From Octopus sinensis (lineage: Eukaryota), in NCBI RefSeq assembly GCF_006345805.1, contig NW_021835966.1, positions 5,368 to 69,367 of the forward strand: DNA of 64,000 bases, in the 5' to 3' direction. This document shows, one piece after another, positions 24,474 to 36,769 of this stretch. A model generated the notes under the pieces. That model was not told where the DNA came from. It did no database searches and saw only the letters and a list, made by a program, of their open reading frames with translations. Numbering within the stretch: position 1 is the first letter of the stretch; each line of letters begins with the position of its first letter. Made by a program: the position numbers and the translations under genes.

Positions 24474-25070
24474 GTTGTATGTATATGTATACGTATATAT
24501 ATATTTATATATATATGCGTATGTATGTATGTATATATATATATATTACATATGTATGTATGTATATGTATACGTAGATATATATTTATATATATATGCG
24601 TATGTATATACATATATATATATATATATAAATATGCGTATGTATGTATATGTATACGTATATATATATTTATATATATATATGCGTATGTATATATACA
24701 TATATATATATATAAATATATGCGTATGTATATATATATTACATATGTATGTATGTATATGTATACGTATATATATTTATATATATATATGCGTATGTAT
24801 GTATATATATATATATATATATATAATAGTATGTATGTATATGTATACCGCATATATATTTTATATATATATATGCGTATGTATATTAATATATATATAT
24901 ATATCTAAATATATGCGTATGTATATGTATATATATATATATGCGTATGTATGTATATATATATATATATATATGCGTATGTATATATATGCGTATATAT
25001 ATATATATATATATATAATATACATACGCATATATATATAATATATATATATTATATAATTATATATATG
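24268..25070. repeat. Compound (TA)n-derived minisatellite with recurring ATGCGTATGTAT and GTATACGTA blocks
   Basis: An ~800 bp array with higher-order recurrence, read directly. Confidence 0.9.
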
Positions 25071-25301
25071 AAGCGACGAGAGCTGGTAGAAACATTAGCA
25101 CGCCGGGTGAAATGCCTTGCAGTATTGCGTCTGCCGTTAGGTTCCGAGTTCAAATTTGCGCCCAGGTCGACTTTGCCTTTCATTCTTTCAGCGTCGATTA
25201 AATAATTACCAGTTACGTACTGGAGTCGATGTACTCGATTTAATCCCTTTGTCTTTCAATGTTAGTCCCCTCTATGTTTAGCCCCTTGTGGAAATAAAGA
25301 C
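25071..25301 (+). mobile_element. SINE family A monomer, diverged
   Basis: GCGACGAGCTGGTAGAAACATTAGCACGCCGGG...TTTAGCCCCTTGTGG. Confidence 0.8.
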
Positions 25302-25426
25302 ATATATATATAATCATATCAAATGGAAATGGAATTTAATTGAAATTAAATACATTCAATTAAAATTACATTTCCAGTGGTCTAACGCGTAAAAAATTTT
25401 TAGTCAAAAAGACTATATATTAGTCA

Positions 25427-25624
25427 TACGATATAGTGTATATTCAAATATATAGAGAATCCACTTATAGGAATTCTACGCGCTAGAAAGAACAGCTAAT
25501 TTCTATGACCACAAAAAATTCGGGATAAAATTCGAAATTTTTGTAGTCATAGAACTTAGCTGTTCTTTCTAGCGCGTGGAATTCCTATGTGGATTCACTA
25601 TGTGTTTAAATATACACTATATCG

Positions 25625-25626
<2 letters not shown>
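25427..25626. mobile_element. Foldback/MITE, ~95-bp inverted arms with 10-nt spacer
   Basis: TACGATATAGTGTATATT...GCGCTAGAAAGAACAGCTAA...TTCG-GGATAAAATT-CGAA...TTAGCTGTTCTTTCTAGCGCG...TATACACTATATCGTA. Confidence 0.8.
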
Positions 25627-25655
<29 letters not shown>

Positions 25656-26726
25656 TAATCTTTCTACCTAAATACCGACATACCTCCCTGCCTATTTATT
25701 TATCTTCAAAATTTCTCCCCCCCCTCTCTCTCTATATATATATATACATATCTATATCTGTAGTTAGCTAGCTCGAGGGACAGATATGCAGATAGATAGA
25801 AAAATAGATAGATAATGATGGGAAAATATTCCTCTCCAATAGTAATAAAATGCGATAACAACAGAACTTTCTCAATCCTGACCCAATGACCTCTGGCCTA
25901 TTAACAATATAAAATATATAAAATATGATAGCTTTCTACAAAATCTTGTGCTTTTACTTAGATAACACATCCATATTTGCGGTGTTGATCTGAAAAAATA
26001 TGATGGTAATTCTCAAACGAAAAATTGCAGAACATAAAAAATTACGATAAAACGTGAGCAATATAAACTTTATATTTTATTTTGCTATTGCGAATATAAT
26101 CCGGCAAAATTGTTTGATGTAAACTAAAGATAAAACTTCATTAACAGGAAGCACAAGCCTTCTTTTTATCAGTACTTTACGAAAGATGATGAATAAATAG
26201 TGGAAGAATTACCGAAAGTTCATTGAAACTAAATGTATATCCTGAAAAGATAAATGGTCAAATGGAAAATTTGGATGTTTCTTATTCTTATTCTCTTTCA
26301 ATGAAACTGAAAGCAATAATTTTGAGACTTTGTATTTTCTCAAGACATCGAAATGAGAACTGGCACCGTTTTATCTCTTAACTTATCTGCGAAATGTGGT
26401 GGAGGTTATGTTCTGTTAATTTCGGTTTATAGCACTTCCCTGCACATTTTACTATAGAAAGCGTTTGATATATTCAGTAGTATGCGAGAAATGTTAACAA
26501 TTTTCGATAGATTTTATTTACTTTGTAGCAATATCAGTGTTGAACAAGGCATTACTATACGGAGTCATGAAAAGCTAATTGCAGAAAGCACTGTGTCATA
26601 TAAGCATATCATTATGTCGTGTCGGGACAAGCTATTACTGTGCTGTGACGTGGCTCGATGTTACGGTACTCTGCCATACCAAAAGAGTACTAGGTGACGT
26701 CGTACAAAGATAAGATTTTGTCATAG

Positions 26727-27248
26727 TATGAAGAAGGAACTGCACTAAGTAATAGCGAAGTAATTACTGAACCCTGTCACATAAACTGTGCTGCAGGGAG
26801 CCATTACTCTGCTGTGCTGCGTCAAGAATATACTGCGTTGCGTGAAGACTATGCTGCGTTGCGTGAACACTTTGCTACGCCGTGTACCGTCAGTTACGTT
26901 GTTTTTCAGTGTCAACGCAGCACTTACTTTACTTGTACTTGTGGCGACATTCACCCTGGGCGGTTTGAGTCGGCTTCTTCTACTCATGGAAGAAGTTTCG
27001 TGGGAATATGTGGATTTCACAAGCGGTCCCCGACAATCTCCGCATGTAGAGACATCCTGTTTGCCGCAGATTGTCCGCAGACGCAGGGACAGAACAACCG
27101 AGGAGCCGCCGGTTACCGAAGCAGACACTCCGAGGATTTTCACCAGAGCCCCGTCTGCCGGGTTGTGGCCCTAATACCACATGGTATAAGACTAATCCGC
27201 TTTGGGTGGCCCTACCAGGAACCGAAGTTCCCGACGGCACAGCTCTGA
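26727..27248 (+). other. Unexplained GC-rich island with a 173-codon stop-free frame after a candidate splice acceptor
   Basis: TTTTGTCATAG|TATGAAGAAGG... stays open to TGA at 27246-27248. Four overlapping ORFs over 120 aa. No recognisable domain. Confidence 0.25.
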
Positions 27249-28444
27249 CACTACCCGTTGCCAGCATCTCCACCACGGTGAGGAGGGGATGGACATTGGG
27301 GACGCAGCACTGTGTCACTTGATAACCATGCAATATAGTGCCAATCGTACTGTGTAGTATCTTACCTGGTAGTACTGAACCACGACATTCCAAAGCAATT
27401 CTATACTATTTAGTGTCGAGCAAGGAATCTTATTTTCTTCATTCCATCATAGCTAAAGTGTGTACATATCCGTATAACTGAAATAGATCATACTTAATCC
27501 AATGAAGAAATTTCTGCGTGTTCATTCGATATACAAGAGGAAAAAGCCAAATCGAACTCAATAAAATTCGAAAGGTGAGCGAAAAAGTTCGAAACAGCGA
27601 ATGTTACAACTTATCTGCAGTGTTTCAACGGGTAAATATCCATTGTTGCGCATTTCTCTGTTTATTGTTCACAATTGTAAGTTTTTCTTTTTGTTAGGGG
27701 TTCTTTTGCCCTTCGACAGGATTTTAGTTCCTTCCTCCAGATCCCACAAATCCTTTTCTTCAAGTAAACACCTGACAATAGAACAGCTAACATGCTATAG
27801 TGTAGACTTTGACATGACCATATTACTGGCCGGAAAATTGGATATGTGCAGCTTAATGGAATTTTGTGGGATTGAGTATAGGGATAAGAAAGCAATAAAA
27901 GTCACCCCAACCACAAAAAAAAAAATCAACTGTTCCTTGCTTTCAGAGCAGTGAGTTAAAACAATATAGAAATCATAAAACGTGTTAAGACGGTAATAAA
28001 GTCCAAAAACACTCCAATGAATATTGCGGTTATTAGTACAAGACCTTGTAGCTTATTAGAATAATTTCGGTTTCGGTATAACGTAAAAGAGTATGGAAAG
28101 TAATATAGTAAATATGAGTCAAATAACTGACGAACGTGGGTAAGAGCAGTTTAGTCAAAGGTGCAACGGAATCCGCGACACATGAACAAAAGTGCTAATT
28201 ATTGGGACTGGGTCTCGAAATTCTGATCCCGGCAGCACAGGCGTCGGAGGCGGGTGAACTAGGAGTAGGGAATGGCTGGTTTGGTGTGGGAGGGATGGGA
28301 AAAGGAAAATTATATTTTCTTGCAATTTTACTTTGAGAAATAAGTTAGTCATAGTTTTCTAACTGGTTCATGATTTTAAAGAAAAATAAACATTGTTTCA
28401 TATCATTTAATGTTGCTTTATATCATGATCATCATCAATATCAA

Positions 28445-28476
<32 letters not shown>

Positions 28477-28737
28477 TCATCAAGAACAGCGTTGTCATCT
28501 TATACCAATCTTCTACTAACTTGCTATCAACCTCCTGCTCTCTCTCTCCCTGTTTTTTTTCTTTATTTCTCTTTCATGTTTTCTGCTAACCCGATCCTTA
28601 TAATTGTTCGTAATCATTGCATTGAACCCTGCTTTGTTTATTTGCTATATTATAAATATTGGAAATAATGAATCACATCCTTGAATACTTAAATGACTAA
28701 ATGCTCAGTTAACTTTCTAGGTACCATTCACATTTGA

Positions 28738-28962
28738 ACTTTCAACATTTAGATTCCTCTGTCAACTGCAATGCTTTTGTTTTTATTCACATCGTTTTGA
28801 ATTAATCATATATTACGTTGTAACTTCGAAATTTTAACGATGTGATTACTAATTTTCAGAATGACATTGTAGGGTAGGCGTGAGAGTATGAATCGGTCTG
28901 GATTCAAAATATAACATGTAGATTATTTTGGCCAGATATGGCCAGTTGAGATGCTAAAGGTT
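28738..28962. mobile_element. Decayed short TIR element (MITE-like)
   Basis: Right end GATGCTAAAGGTT has a weak inverted counterpart AACTTTCAACATT. It resembles a cephalopod MITE I recall, which I cannot verify. Confidence 0.35.
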
Positions 28963-28997
28963 TTGATATTTGTTACAGAAATAAAGTTTAGGACCGG

Positions 28998-29431
28998 TAG
29001 CTTGAACTGAAATTTTTGAAGCTGATACCCTAGCATGGTCGCAGTATAATGACTGAAACAAGTAAGAGACAAAAGAAAGATCGTGCTACGCCTAACTTAG
29101 ACTTGTTTGAATGGCCTGCATTTGTCAACGCGCTATCTTTATCGTAGCCTGTTGGCATCAGTGTATTGAAATGGCTATACGTAAAACTTATGAATAGACT
29201 TGGATAAAGCCTAAGAAATTGTAGTGCCGTTGGGACATGTCAGACAAGTAAAATGGTGGAAAACTTATGAAATTTTTGAAACAATCTATTTATGAAGATA
29301 GGAAAATGTTTATGGAATAATTTGGAGTAAACAAGTTCTAATTGTGAATTTGTATGAAAACTAAGGAAATTTAACAAGAATATTTTTTTCGTAGAAATAT
29401 TACCACTATTAAATTAGGAGAGCAATATAGA
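28998..29431 (+). repeat. ~434-bp local direct duplication, copy 1 (copy 2 at 33664-34097)
   Basis: SINE B 3' end plus unique flank (GATCGTGCTACGCCT...AAATTAGGAGA) is repeated at high identity 4.67 kb downstream. Confidence 0.9.
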
Positions 29432-31196
29432 ATTTGTAGAATTAGAGAATTAGAAGATTGAAATGTATATCGAACACTTATCATTAAACCCATGTTTGAT
29501 CTTACCGAAGAGGCCATTAATAAAATGCGCTCTACTATTCTGGAATTCTGTGTTATTTCTTGAGACATTTAGTAAGACTTCTAGGACTACATTATGAAAT
29601 CAATACCTGTATTTTATTTTTAAAAAAAGCATGGTTTGATTTGAGAGATATCTGTTGAAATACTTGTAACAGATATAGCGAATCCCTAATATGTGCCCTG
29701 TCGCCTCATCTTCGCTAATAGTTATTCATAAATTGTGTCATGCTATAACCACATAAATGGGTGGTACTTTTAAATATTCATCAGAGGAATTTGTTTATGT
29801 CAGCTCTTGTTTGGCAGTTAAAATAAATTGACATTAGCACTATCAAATTTCTGAATCTACGAGGGTTCCACTGAACCAATTATAGAATATTGAATAATAC
29901 TCTCGGCGCTTCAGCAAATATATATTAATATGAGAACTTGGTTATAGATATGAGATAATATCCAGGTTCTGAATGTGCACATAAAATATTATTGTGGATC
30001 AACCATCGTTTAAAGCAACGCTTTACGTGAAGGCTTACAGCATTTTCTTTCCGTATGAAATTACTAATCTCTCTGGATAAATATAATCGACACAAAACAA
30101 TCATGTAATGGAAATTCTATCACCATTTGCAAGTTATCTCACTTTTACATTTGACTCTTTCCGGAGGATGTTTGTCGTAAACAGTAACAGTCACCGAAAG
30201 GATCTTTATCAGAAAATTATAAAATACCCAGTATGATAATTAGAAAATTGATGGCATTACACAAAGATGTATACATACTCGGTAGTTCAACCACTGCATG
30301 CATGGATGGCTGCATACGTATATGAACAAAGGTAGAGATTTTCATTCATGCATATCTACATATAGTCCGCTACGCATATATTGCCCAACATTCAAATAAT
30401 CAACACAAAAATCAACAACGGGACTCTATATTTTCTTTCGAACTGCTAGGAATAACAGCCAAGCATTACTCTAATTTCAGCGTCTAGCGAAATGAGACGA
30501 TCGTGTGCAGCTGTGTGGATGCTGATTGTTTGGAACGGATAAGTGTTACATTCGGCCTCTTTAGGCAACTGTACATTTTAGCACTGGTGGCAAACACATT
30601 TTCACGCGCGCAAGAATATGCAGATAGAAAGACAGAGAGAGGGGGAGGGAGTAAGAGGGAGATTAATTGAGAAAACAATTGCTGTAAATAATTACCCTCT
30701 CCTCATACACATAATAGAAATATGCACAGGCACATAGAGAGAGAGAGAGAGAGAGAGAGAAGGAGAGAGAGATGACAGGAAGAGAAGGAGAGATGTACGA
30801 AAATCTTTGAGGTCAAATAAGTCAGCATTGAACGAGCAGCGCCAAAACAACTCTGACGAAGTGTCTCATAGCCCTGTCGGATATACGAGGAGAGAACGTG
30901 ATAGCTACGTCTGGAAAGACTTTGGTCATACCTGGACTCCATTATGGAGTGCCAATTGAAATTTTATTCTCATCACATATACATATATGAGCCCCAGTTG
31001 TACTAGTTTACTGATCTCACTCCAGGGCTATACACCTGTCATGTTGATGACTGTTTCGGCTACACATCCCTCTCCAATGAGGAGTTAAACCCTTTCGTCT
31101 TCTCCATAAGATCTTTTCGCCTCTCTCTCTCATAGACACACAACACACACACACACACACACCACACACACACACACCACACACACACAAACACAC

Positions 31197-31257
<61 letters not shown>

Positions 31258-31258
<1 letters not shown>

Positions 31259-31345
31259 CTTGACTGACCAATCCATCGGGCGTCCATTTGACACCGCTGG
31301 TCACAGCACGCTGTCCACTCCTCTCTGGATCGCGCCTTTCTCATC
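31258..31345 (-). mobile_element. Possible LINE (RTE-like) extreme 3' end
   Basis: Minus strand ARSREEWTACCDQRCQMDARWIGQSR* runs into (TA)n. Confidence 0.35.
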
Positions 31346-31351
31346 CACGTG

Positions 31352-31421
31352 ATCCCAATCGTCCGCCTGAAATCGTAACTCCACCGTCGTGGTGTTACGA
31401 TTTCAGGAGGACGATTGGGAT
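31352..31421. repeat. 70-bp hairpin (28-bp arms, 27/28 match), mini-MITE-like
   Basis: ATCCCAATCGTCCGCCTGAAATCGTAAC-tccaccgtcgtggt-GTTACGATTTCAGGAGGACGATTGGGAT. Confidence 0.85.
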
Positions 31422-31705
31422 ATATATATATATATATATAAATATATGCGACGGGATTCTTTCAGTTTCCGTCTACCAAATTCACTCACAAGGCTTTGTT
31501 CGGCAAAGTCTATAGTAGAAGACACTTGCCCAAGAATATTATGTAGAAGAAGAGGTGACGAGTAAAATTATGCAATGCCATATCAAAAGATATCTCACAT
31601 TAAGAATTCTGTGTACGTCTCTGATTATATAGGTATATTCCATTTATGCACATTGGTTGTATCTGCAGTCAATAATTACATGCACATACAGCCTAGGATG
31701 GAGTA

Positions 31706-32020
31706 TTGTTGTTGTTGTTATTTAAGCCGTCTCAAGCTATAGCCGACTCATAACGGCTGGTTTCACGGTTTCTTGGCGTAAAGGTTCCTCACCAGGACGG
31801 GACGCCGGTCCATCTCATATGAGCTGCTAGATGCAGGAGGAAAGAGTGAGAGAAAGTTATGGCGAAAGAGTCAGCAGAAGTTCGCCATCACCTTCTGCCG
31901 GAGCCGCGTGGCGCTTAGGTTTTTCGTTCAAAAACACACACATCGCCCGGTCTGAGATTCGAACTAGCGAACCCTCGACTGCGTGTCCGTTGCTCTATCC
32001 ACTAGGCTATGTGCCTCCAC
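31706..32020 (-). mobile_element. SINE family C, tail type iv ending in (AAC)n
   Basis: Head GTGGAGGCACATAGCCTAGTGG..., tail ...GAGACGGCTTAAAT(AAC)n. Confidence 0.75.
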
Positions 32021-32124
32021 TAGTGTGGAGTAGTTCATTTTTTTTTGAATGAACGGCTAAACAAACAACATATAGCCTGTAGAAGGCATCAATGTGAGGA
32101 TTAGGAACTCCCGTGTAATTAGCC

Positions 32125-32296
32125 AATTAGTCAATTAGTGCACTTAGTTAATTAGTCGTACGTTTGTTGCATTTTCATAGCATGCTTAGCGATATATATG
32201 TGTGTGTATACATGCATAATACATACAAACATACATACATATATATATATATATGTATACATGCATAATACATACATACATACATACGTATATATA

Positions 32297-32337
<41 letters not shown>

Positions 32338-32440
32338 TATGTATGTATTATGCATGTATACACACACATATATCGCTAAGCATGCTATGAAAATGCAACA
32401 AACGTACGACTAATTAACTAAGTGCACTAATTGACTAATT
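32125..32440. repeat. Young inverted duplication, ~100-bp arms around a (TA)/(TACA) spacer
   Basis: The non-microsatellite arm AATTAGTCAATTAGTGCAC...GCATGCTTAGCGATATAT is an exact reverse complement on both sides. Confidence 0.9.
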
Positions 32441-32451
32441 ATATATATATA

Positions 32452-32661
32452 TAGTTAATCCAAACATGAAAACACAAAGAGAAAACACAACAACGCGAGG
32501 ACGGGGAACAAATATAGTATTATTGGATGCTCAGGAAGGAAGAGAAGAAGAAGGATTTAACTTTTCGAGCGGAGCTCTTCGTCAGAAACATAAGAAAATG
32601 AAAGATCCAGAGAAGGGAAGACGGAGGAAAAAAATCGCCAACGGTACACACGCGGTCACAT
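32452..32661 (-). mobile_element. Family G copy with canonical hammerhead core (32555-32589)
   Basis: Minus strand GTTT-CTGACGA-A-GAGC-tcc-GCTC-GAAA-AGTT-AAAT. Confidence 0.7.
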
Positions 32662-32704
32662 TTTGAATACATATGTATATATGTGTGTGGATGTGTGTAC
32701 ATAC

Positions 32705-32791
<87 letters not shown>

Positions 32792-33268
32792 TCTAAACGT
32801 CATGCTAATACATTACTTGTGAACGTCCTTTTGTTGTCCGTGAATTTTATTCGTTTATTTGAATTGACTATGACCAATATAAATATCACATTCTTATCTG
32901 TATCGTACAATACGTATTCCACGCTTCTAATTTTGTTGTAAGTTTGTTTATATACACACACGTGGTTATTACATTTGAATGGCAAAGCACTCAGCCGGGT
33001 CTTGGGGGATGTGGGTTCGACTTCCAAAGTTGTTTTTTGACAACTCTTTACACATTGTAAGAGTAATATTACCCATTATTTCTGCCGTTTTAAGGGCAAA
33101 GCTGCGTTCGAAAATGTCACCTTCTTGTCTGTATCTGTAAATAGAAACAAATTAATGTTTACCTTTTTAATGCACACGCGCGCGTACCTCCGTTTTGGGA
33201 TCAGCTCTACTTTATTATCTCCCCTTCTTCCTAGCTCTCCTTGTGACCATTCTGTCCGGCATTCACCA

Positions 33269-33445
33269 TGATAGATCGCTAACAACTACAGATTCTTTAT
33301 TTTCTCTCCTTGTTTCTTTCTGTGTTCCTTTCTGTGGAAGAGCGTAGGCTCGAAACGTTAAAGACTTTTTCACTTCCGGAGCGTTACACAAATACATATG
33401 TTTCTTGACTACTCCACCCGTCTTCGTCATTTGCTCTTTTTGCAT
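33269..33445 (+). mobile_element. Family H, Penelope-like terminal fragment with hammerhead-like motif (33328-33363)
   Basis: CTTT-CTGTGGA-A-GAGC-gtag-GCTC-GAAACGTT-AAAG. Second copy at 62738-62874. Confidence 0.6.
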
Positions 33446-33663
33446 TTATAGATAGAAGGTCTTACAGCTGTTTCCAGGATATTTATTAATTATATCCCTT
33501 CATCGGAGACGGTGTGAGAGGATGGTTAAGTGTGTCTTCGTGTAAGTGTTTGTCCTTAACCACCGGTGACTTGATGTGCTTACGTCCCCGTAACTTAGTC
33601 GTTCGGCCAAGGACACTGATAGAATAACTACCAGACTTTACAAAATGTAACTCCTGGGACTGA

Positions 33664-34097
33664 TAGTTTGAACTGAACTTGTTCAAGCTAGTACCCTAGC
33701 ATGGCTGCAGTATAATGACTGAAAAGTGTAAAAGACAAAAGAAAGATCGTGCTACGCCTACCTTAGACTTGTTTGAATGGCCTGCATTTGTCAACGCGCT
33801 ATCTTTATCGTAGCCTGTTGGCATCAGTGTATTGAAATGGCAATACGTAAAACTTATGAATAGACTTGGATAAAACCTAAGAAATTGTTGTGCCATTGGG
33901 ACATGTCAGACAAGTAAAATGGTGGAAAACTTATGAAATTTTTAAAACAATCTATTTATGAAGATAGGAAAATGTTTATATAATAATTTGGAGTAAACAA
34001 GTTCTAATTGTGAATTTATATGAAAACTAAGGAAATTTAACAAGAATATTTTCTTCGTAGAAATATTACGGCTATTAAATTAGGAGAACAATGTAGA
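33664..34097 (+). repeat. ~434-bp local direct duplication, copy 2 (preceded by more of the SINE B 3' half from ~33535)
   Basis: See 28998-29431. Confidence 0.9.
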
Positions 34098-34444
34098 AAG
34101 ACAGGTCGTGACGAGAAGTTAGCAGTGTAGAATGGCGTTTAACTTTTACAAAGATAGGAATATATTTATTCAGTATTTTGGAGTTAACAAACTATAATCG
34201 TGATATTACATGAAAATATATTAAATATATCTATGTAGCATGAGATATTAACCTTAAGCAATATAGATTCAGTTCAAACAAGAATAAAGAAAGGTAATTC
34301 GTTAGGAGTAGACAGCGGCGTGGTCTGACATTTCAGTTGGACAATGAATTTGTGAGAGTCACGAATTGATTCGGAAGAGTTGAGGAGTTTGTTTACCACT
34401 TGGTCAACCTTTAATTTTTAAAAAATCGTGTGGTTATTTTAGGT

Positions 34445-34615
34445 GTAGGCGTGCGTGTCTTCTCTGTGATGAGAAATATAGTTCCCAAGGATGTGATTTT
34501 GCGCTCAGTCCCACTGCACGGCAGCTTGGGAGAGCGCATTTTGCTATAGGTCCGGGTCGACCAAAGTCTTGTAAGTATATTTCGCTAACGGAAACTGAAA
34601 GGAGTCCGTCGTATA
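34445..34615 (+). mobile_element. SINE family B head, old and diverged
   Basis: CTCAGTCCCACTGCACGGCAGCTTGGG...CGGAAACTGAAAGGAGTCCGTCGTATA. Confidence 0.6.
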
Positions 34616-34616
34616 G

Positions 34617-34666
<50 letters not shown>

Positions 34667-34731
34667 GTCTGTCTGTCTGTCTGTATGCCTGTCTACCTGT
34701 CTACCTGTCTGTCTGTCTGTCTGTCTATCTA

Positions 34732-35385
34732 TATTATATAGAGGGCATTACTATACATAAATGCCACACGCTAGGAGGGACTCTTAAAGTCAAAACTACC
34801 AAAGTAAAGACATCTACCGAATGCGAAGGAATGCAACTCTCGAAGCGAGTCATTTGAAAACAGAATTCAGCAGCAAATCGCATAATTTCATAATTAGTGC
34901 AGAATGCACTTTTTAATCTTCAGTGCTAGATTAATTCAAGATTTATAACGAACGAACAAAAATCAACATACCTGACGAACAACCAATGTATCCAACGTAG
35001 TGTATAAAAATGTTCCCCCTTTATTATGCATCTATGTAAATGGTGGGCTTTTTCGAATTGCATTTCGGTAACAACGTGTTTATTTCGGAATAAAAATTCA
35101 GTACTGAATATAATCCGGTTCAATTTACAATTTAAAAATAGGATAAAATCTTTATAAGAATTTATCAAGTAGTTAGCGTGAAAAAACCTCATGAGAGAAA
35201 AGATCCACCAATTTTTCTCTTAAATATATTTATTTATATTATATAGAGGGCATTACTCTACATAAATGCCACACGCTAGGAGGGACTCTTAAAGTCAAAA
35301 CTACCAAAATAAATAAATAAACACATTGTATCAAATACGAGGGAATGCGATTCTCGAAGCTAGCCATTTAAAAACAGAATTCAGC
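34732..35385 (+). repeat. Two copies of a ~140-bp segment (34732-34872 and 35237-35385)
   Basis: TATTATATAGAGGGCATTACT(A/C)TACATAAATGCCACACGCTAGGAGGGACTCTTAAAGTCAAAACTACCAAA occurs twice. Confidence 0.85.
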
Positions 35386-35400
35386 TCCATACCTACTTAA

Positions 35401-36755
35401 ATGGAGACAGCAACACCTGATGTAAGACCCCACATAGACAGTAACAAACTTGCCAACGTCAGGAGAAACATTATGAAAAAGACACTACTAACTGAGTTAT
35501 AGATTGACCAAATTAAACAATAACAATAAGCTAGGTATAAAAGGAACGAAGTTGCAGCTAAAGAAGATACTACAATGAAAATGCTATAATGATTGAAAGA
35601 GTTAATGTAACTGATAATCAAAGCGAAATACTCTCAGAACTAACCATAAACACTAAGGCAGATGAAAATTCAATTGATGAAGGGCGTCACATGGAAATTG
35701 ACCCAACAGAACTAGATGATTTAAACAATTATATCATGACTGAATGGCTGAAAATTAAAGAAACCAGCATGAACGAACGTGACACTCCCAAATATTCACA
35801 ATTCTAACCTTAACCTGAATGTAATTGGTAAAATCCGGCTTGCAATTAAGGATATAATTTCTGCTAATGAAGTTGATATTACAGTTCTCAACCACCTGTA
35901 TTATACATCCGCAGAAATCTTAACGATTCCATATGGTGATTCTATGTAGAATATCCGTGGACTTAGACTCCTTAAATGAGCAAAATTGGGTTAGTGTCAA
36001 TGTAGAGGATGTAAGATCTGCTCTCAGCAGATTAAGCAAATTGAAGTCTCTAGGAAAGGATAAAATTACTACCTTGTGTTTGAATGCCTTCCCAGAGAGC
36101 TATGAACTGCTAACAAAACTTTACAACAATATTTTGCAACAACTTAGTATGATTCCATCTTGGCCACTTAATGGTGTAACATTTCTACTTCCAAAAAAGG
36201 AAGAAATGAAGGAACCAAAAGAAATATAACCAGCTTAACAACAATGTATAAAATGCTAACATCTGACTTGATTAAATATACCTATAGTCTTTCTTAATAG
36301 AAAGTAGCATATTCTCAAAGGAGCAAAAAGGATGTCAACGTGGGTCCTATGGTTGTAAAGATCAGCTACTCATCAATGAGAATATCTTGGAAGATTGGCA
36401 CAAACGACACAAAAACTTGTCGATAGCCTGGACAGACTATAAACATATCTTTTGATACGTTACCACTTGGCTGGATTAAGAAATGTTTGGAAATGTATAA
36501 AACAGCACCTACTCTGCGAAACGTCTTGTCTGTAAGTATTAGATCATGGAGAACCACAATAACTTTGGACAGGACAACGAATCTCTTAATGCCGGAGTTG
36601 TACGAATTTCTAGTGGCATTTTCCAGGGTGACTTTTTATCGCCACTCCTCTTTTGTCTAGCCTTAATACCTCTCTCGAAATGATGTACAATACGGCTATA
36701 AAATATTTTATAAAAATATAAATCATCTCAGTTACACGGATGATTTAAAGCTTGT
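35401..36755 (+). pseudogene. R4/Dong-clade LINE reverse transcriptase relic
   Basis: RPHIDSNKLANVRRNIM; GVTFLLPK; EQKGCQRGSYGCKDQLLIN; IAWTDYKH; GIFQGDFLSPLLFCLALIPLS; NHLSYTDDLKL. Many stops and frameshifts. Confidence 0.85.
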
Positions 36756-36769
36756 CCTTAACGAGTTGA

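Noticed and set aside
24269-25205. Long ORFs rich in YIYI, VCMY, LSIY and similar (also at 6885, 8103, 42718, 44355 and elsewhere)
   Set aside because: They are translations of (TA)n, (ATGT)n and (ATCT)n microsatellites, which lack stop codons. No coding signal.
24168-25301. Two SINE A copies in inverted orientation flanking the 800-bp satellite, resembling a composite transposon
   Set aside because: No shared outer TSD, one copy is truncated, and SINE density makes such pairs expected.
26990-27110. Fragments resembling LTR integrase (SWEYVDFTSG; PQTQGQNNR) and, on the minus strand, a trypsin-like CGDCRGPLV
   Set aside because: The integrase-like motifs are in different frames and only ~25 codons apart instead of ~100. 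The protease-like motif lacks GDSGGP. Treated as chance.
30792-30959. ~55-codon open frame after a GA-rich tract (DVRKSLRSNK...WTPLWSAN*)
   Set aside because: Short, with no recognisable homology and no convincing acceptor. Within chance expectation.
31040-31080. Minus-strand TTGGAGA-GG...CC-GAAAC-A-GTC
   Set aside because: The core is doubly mutated without compensation and stem I does not pair. Possibly a dead relic, so not counted.
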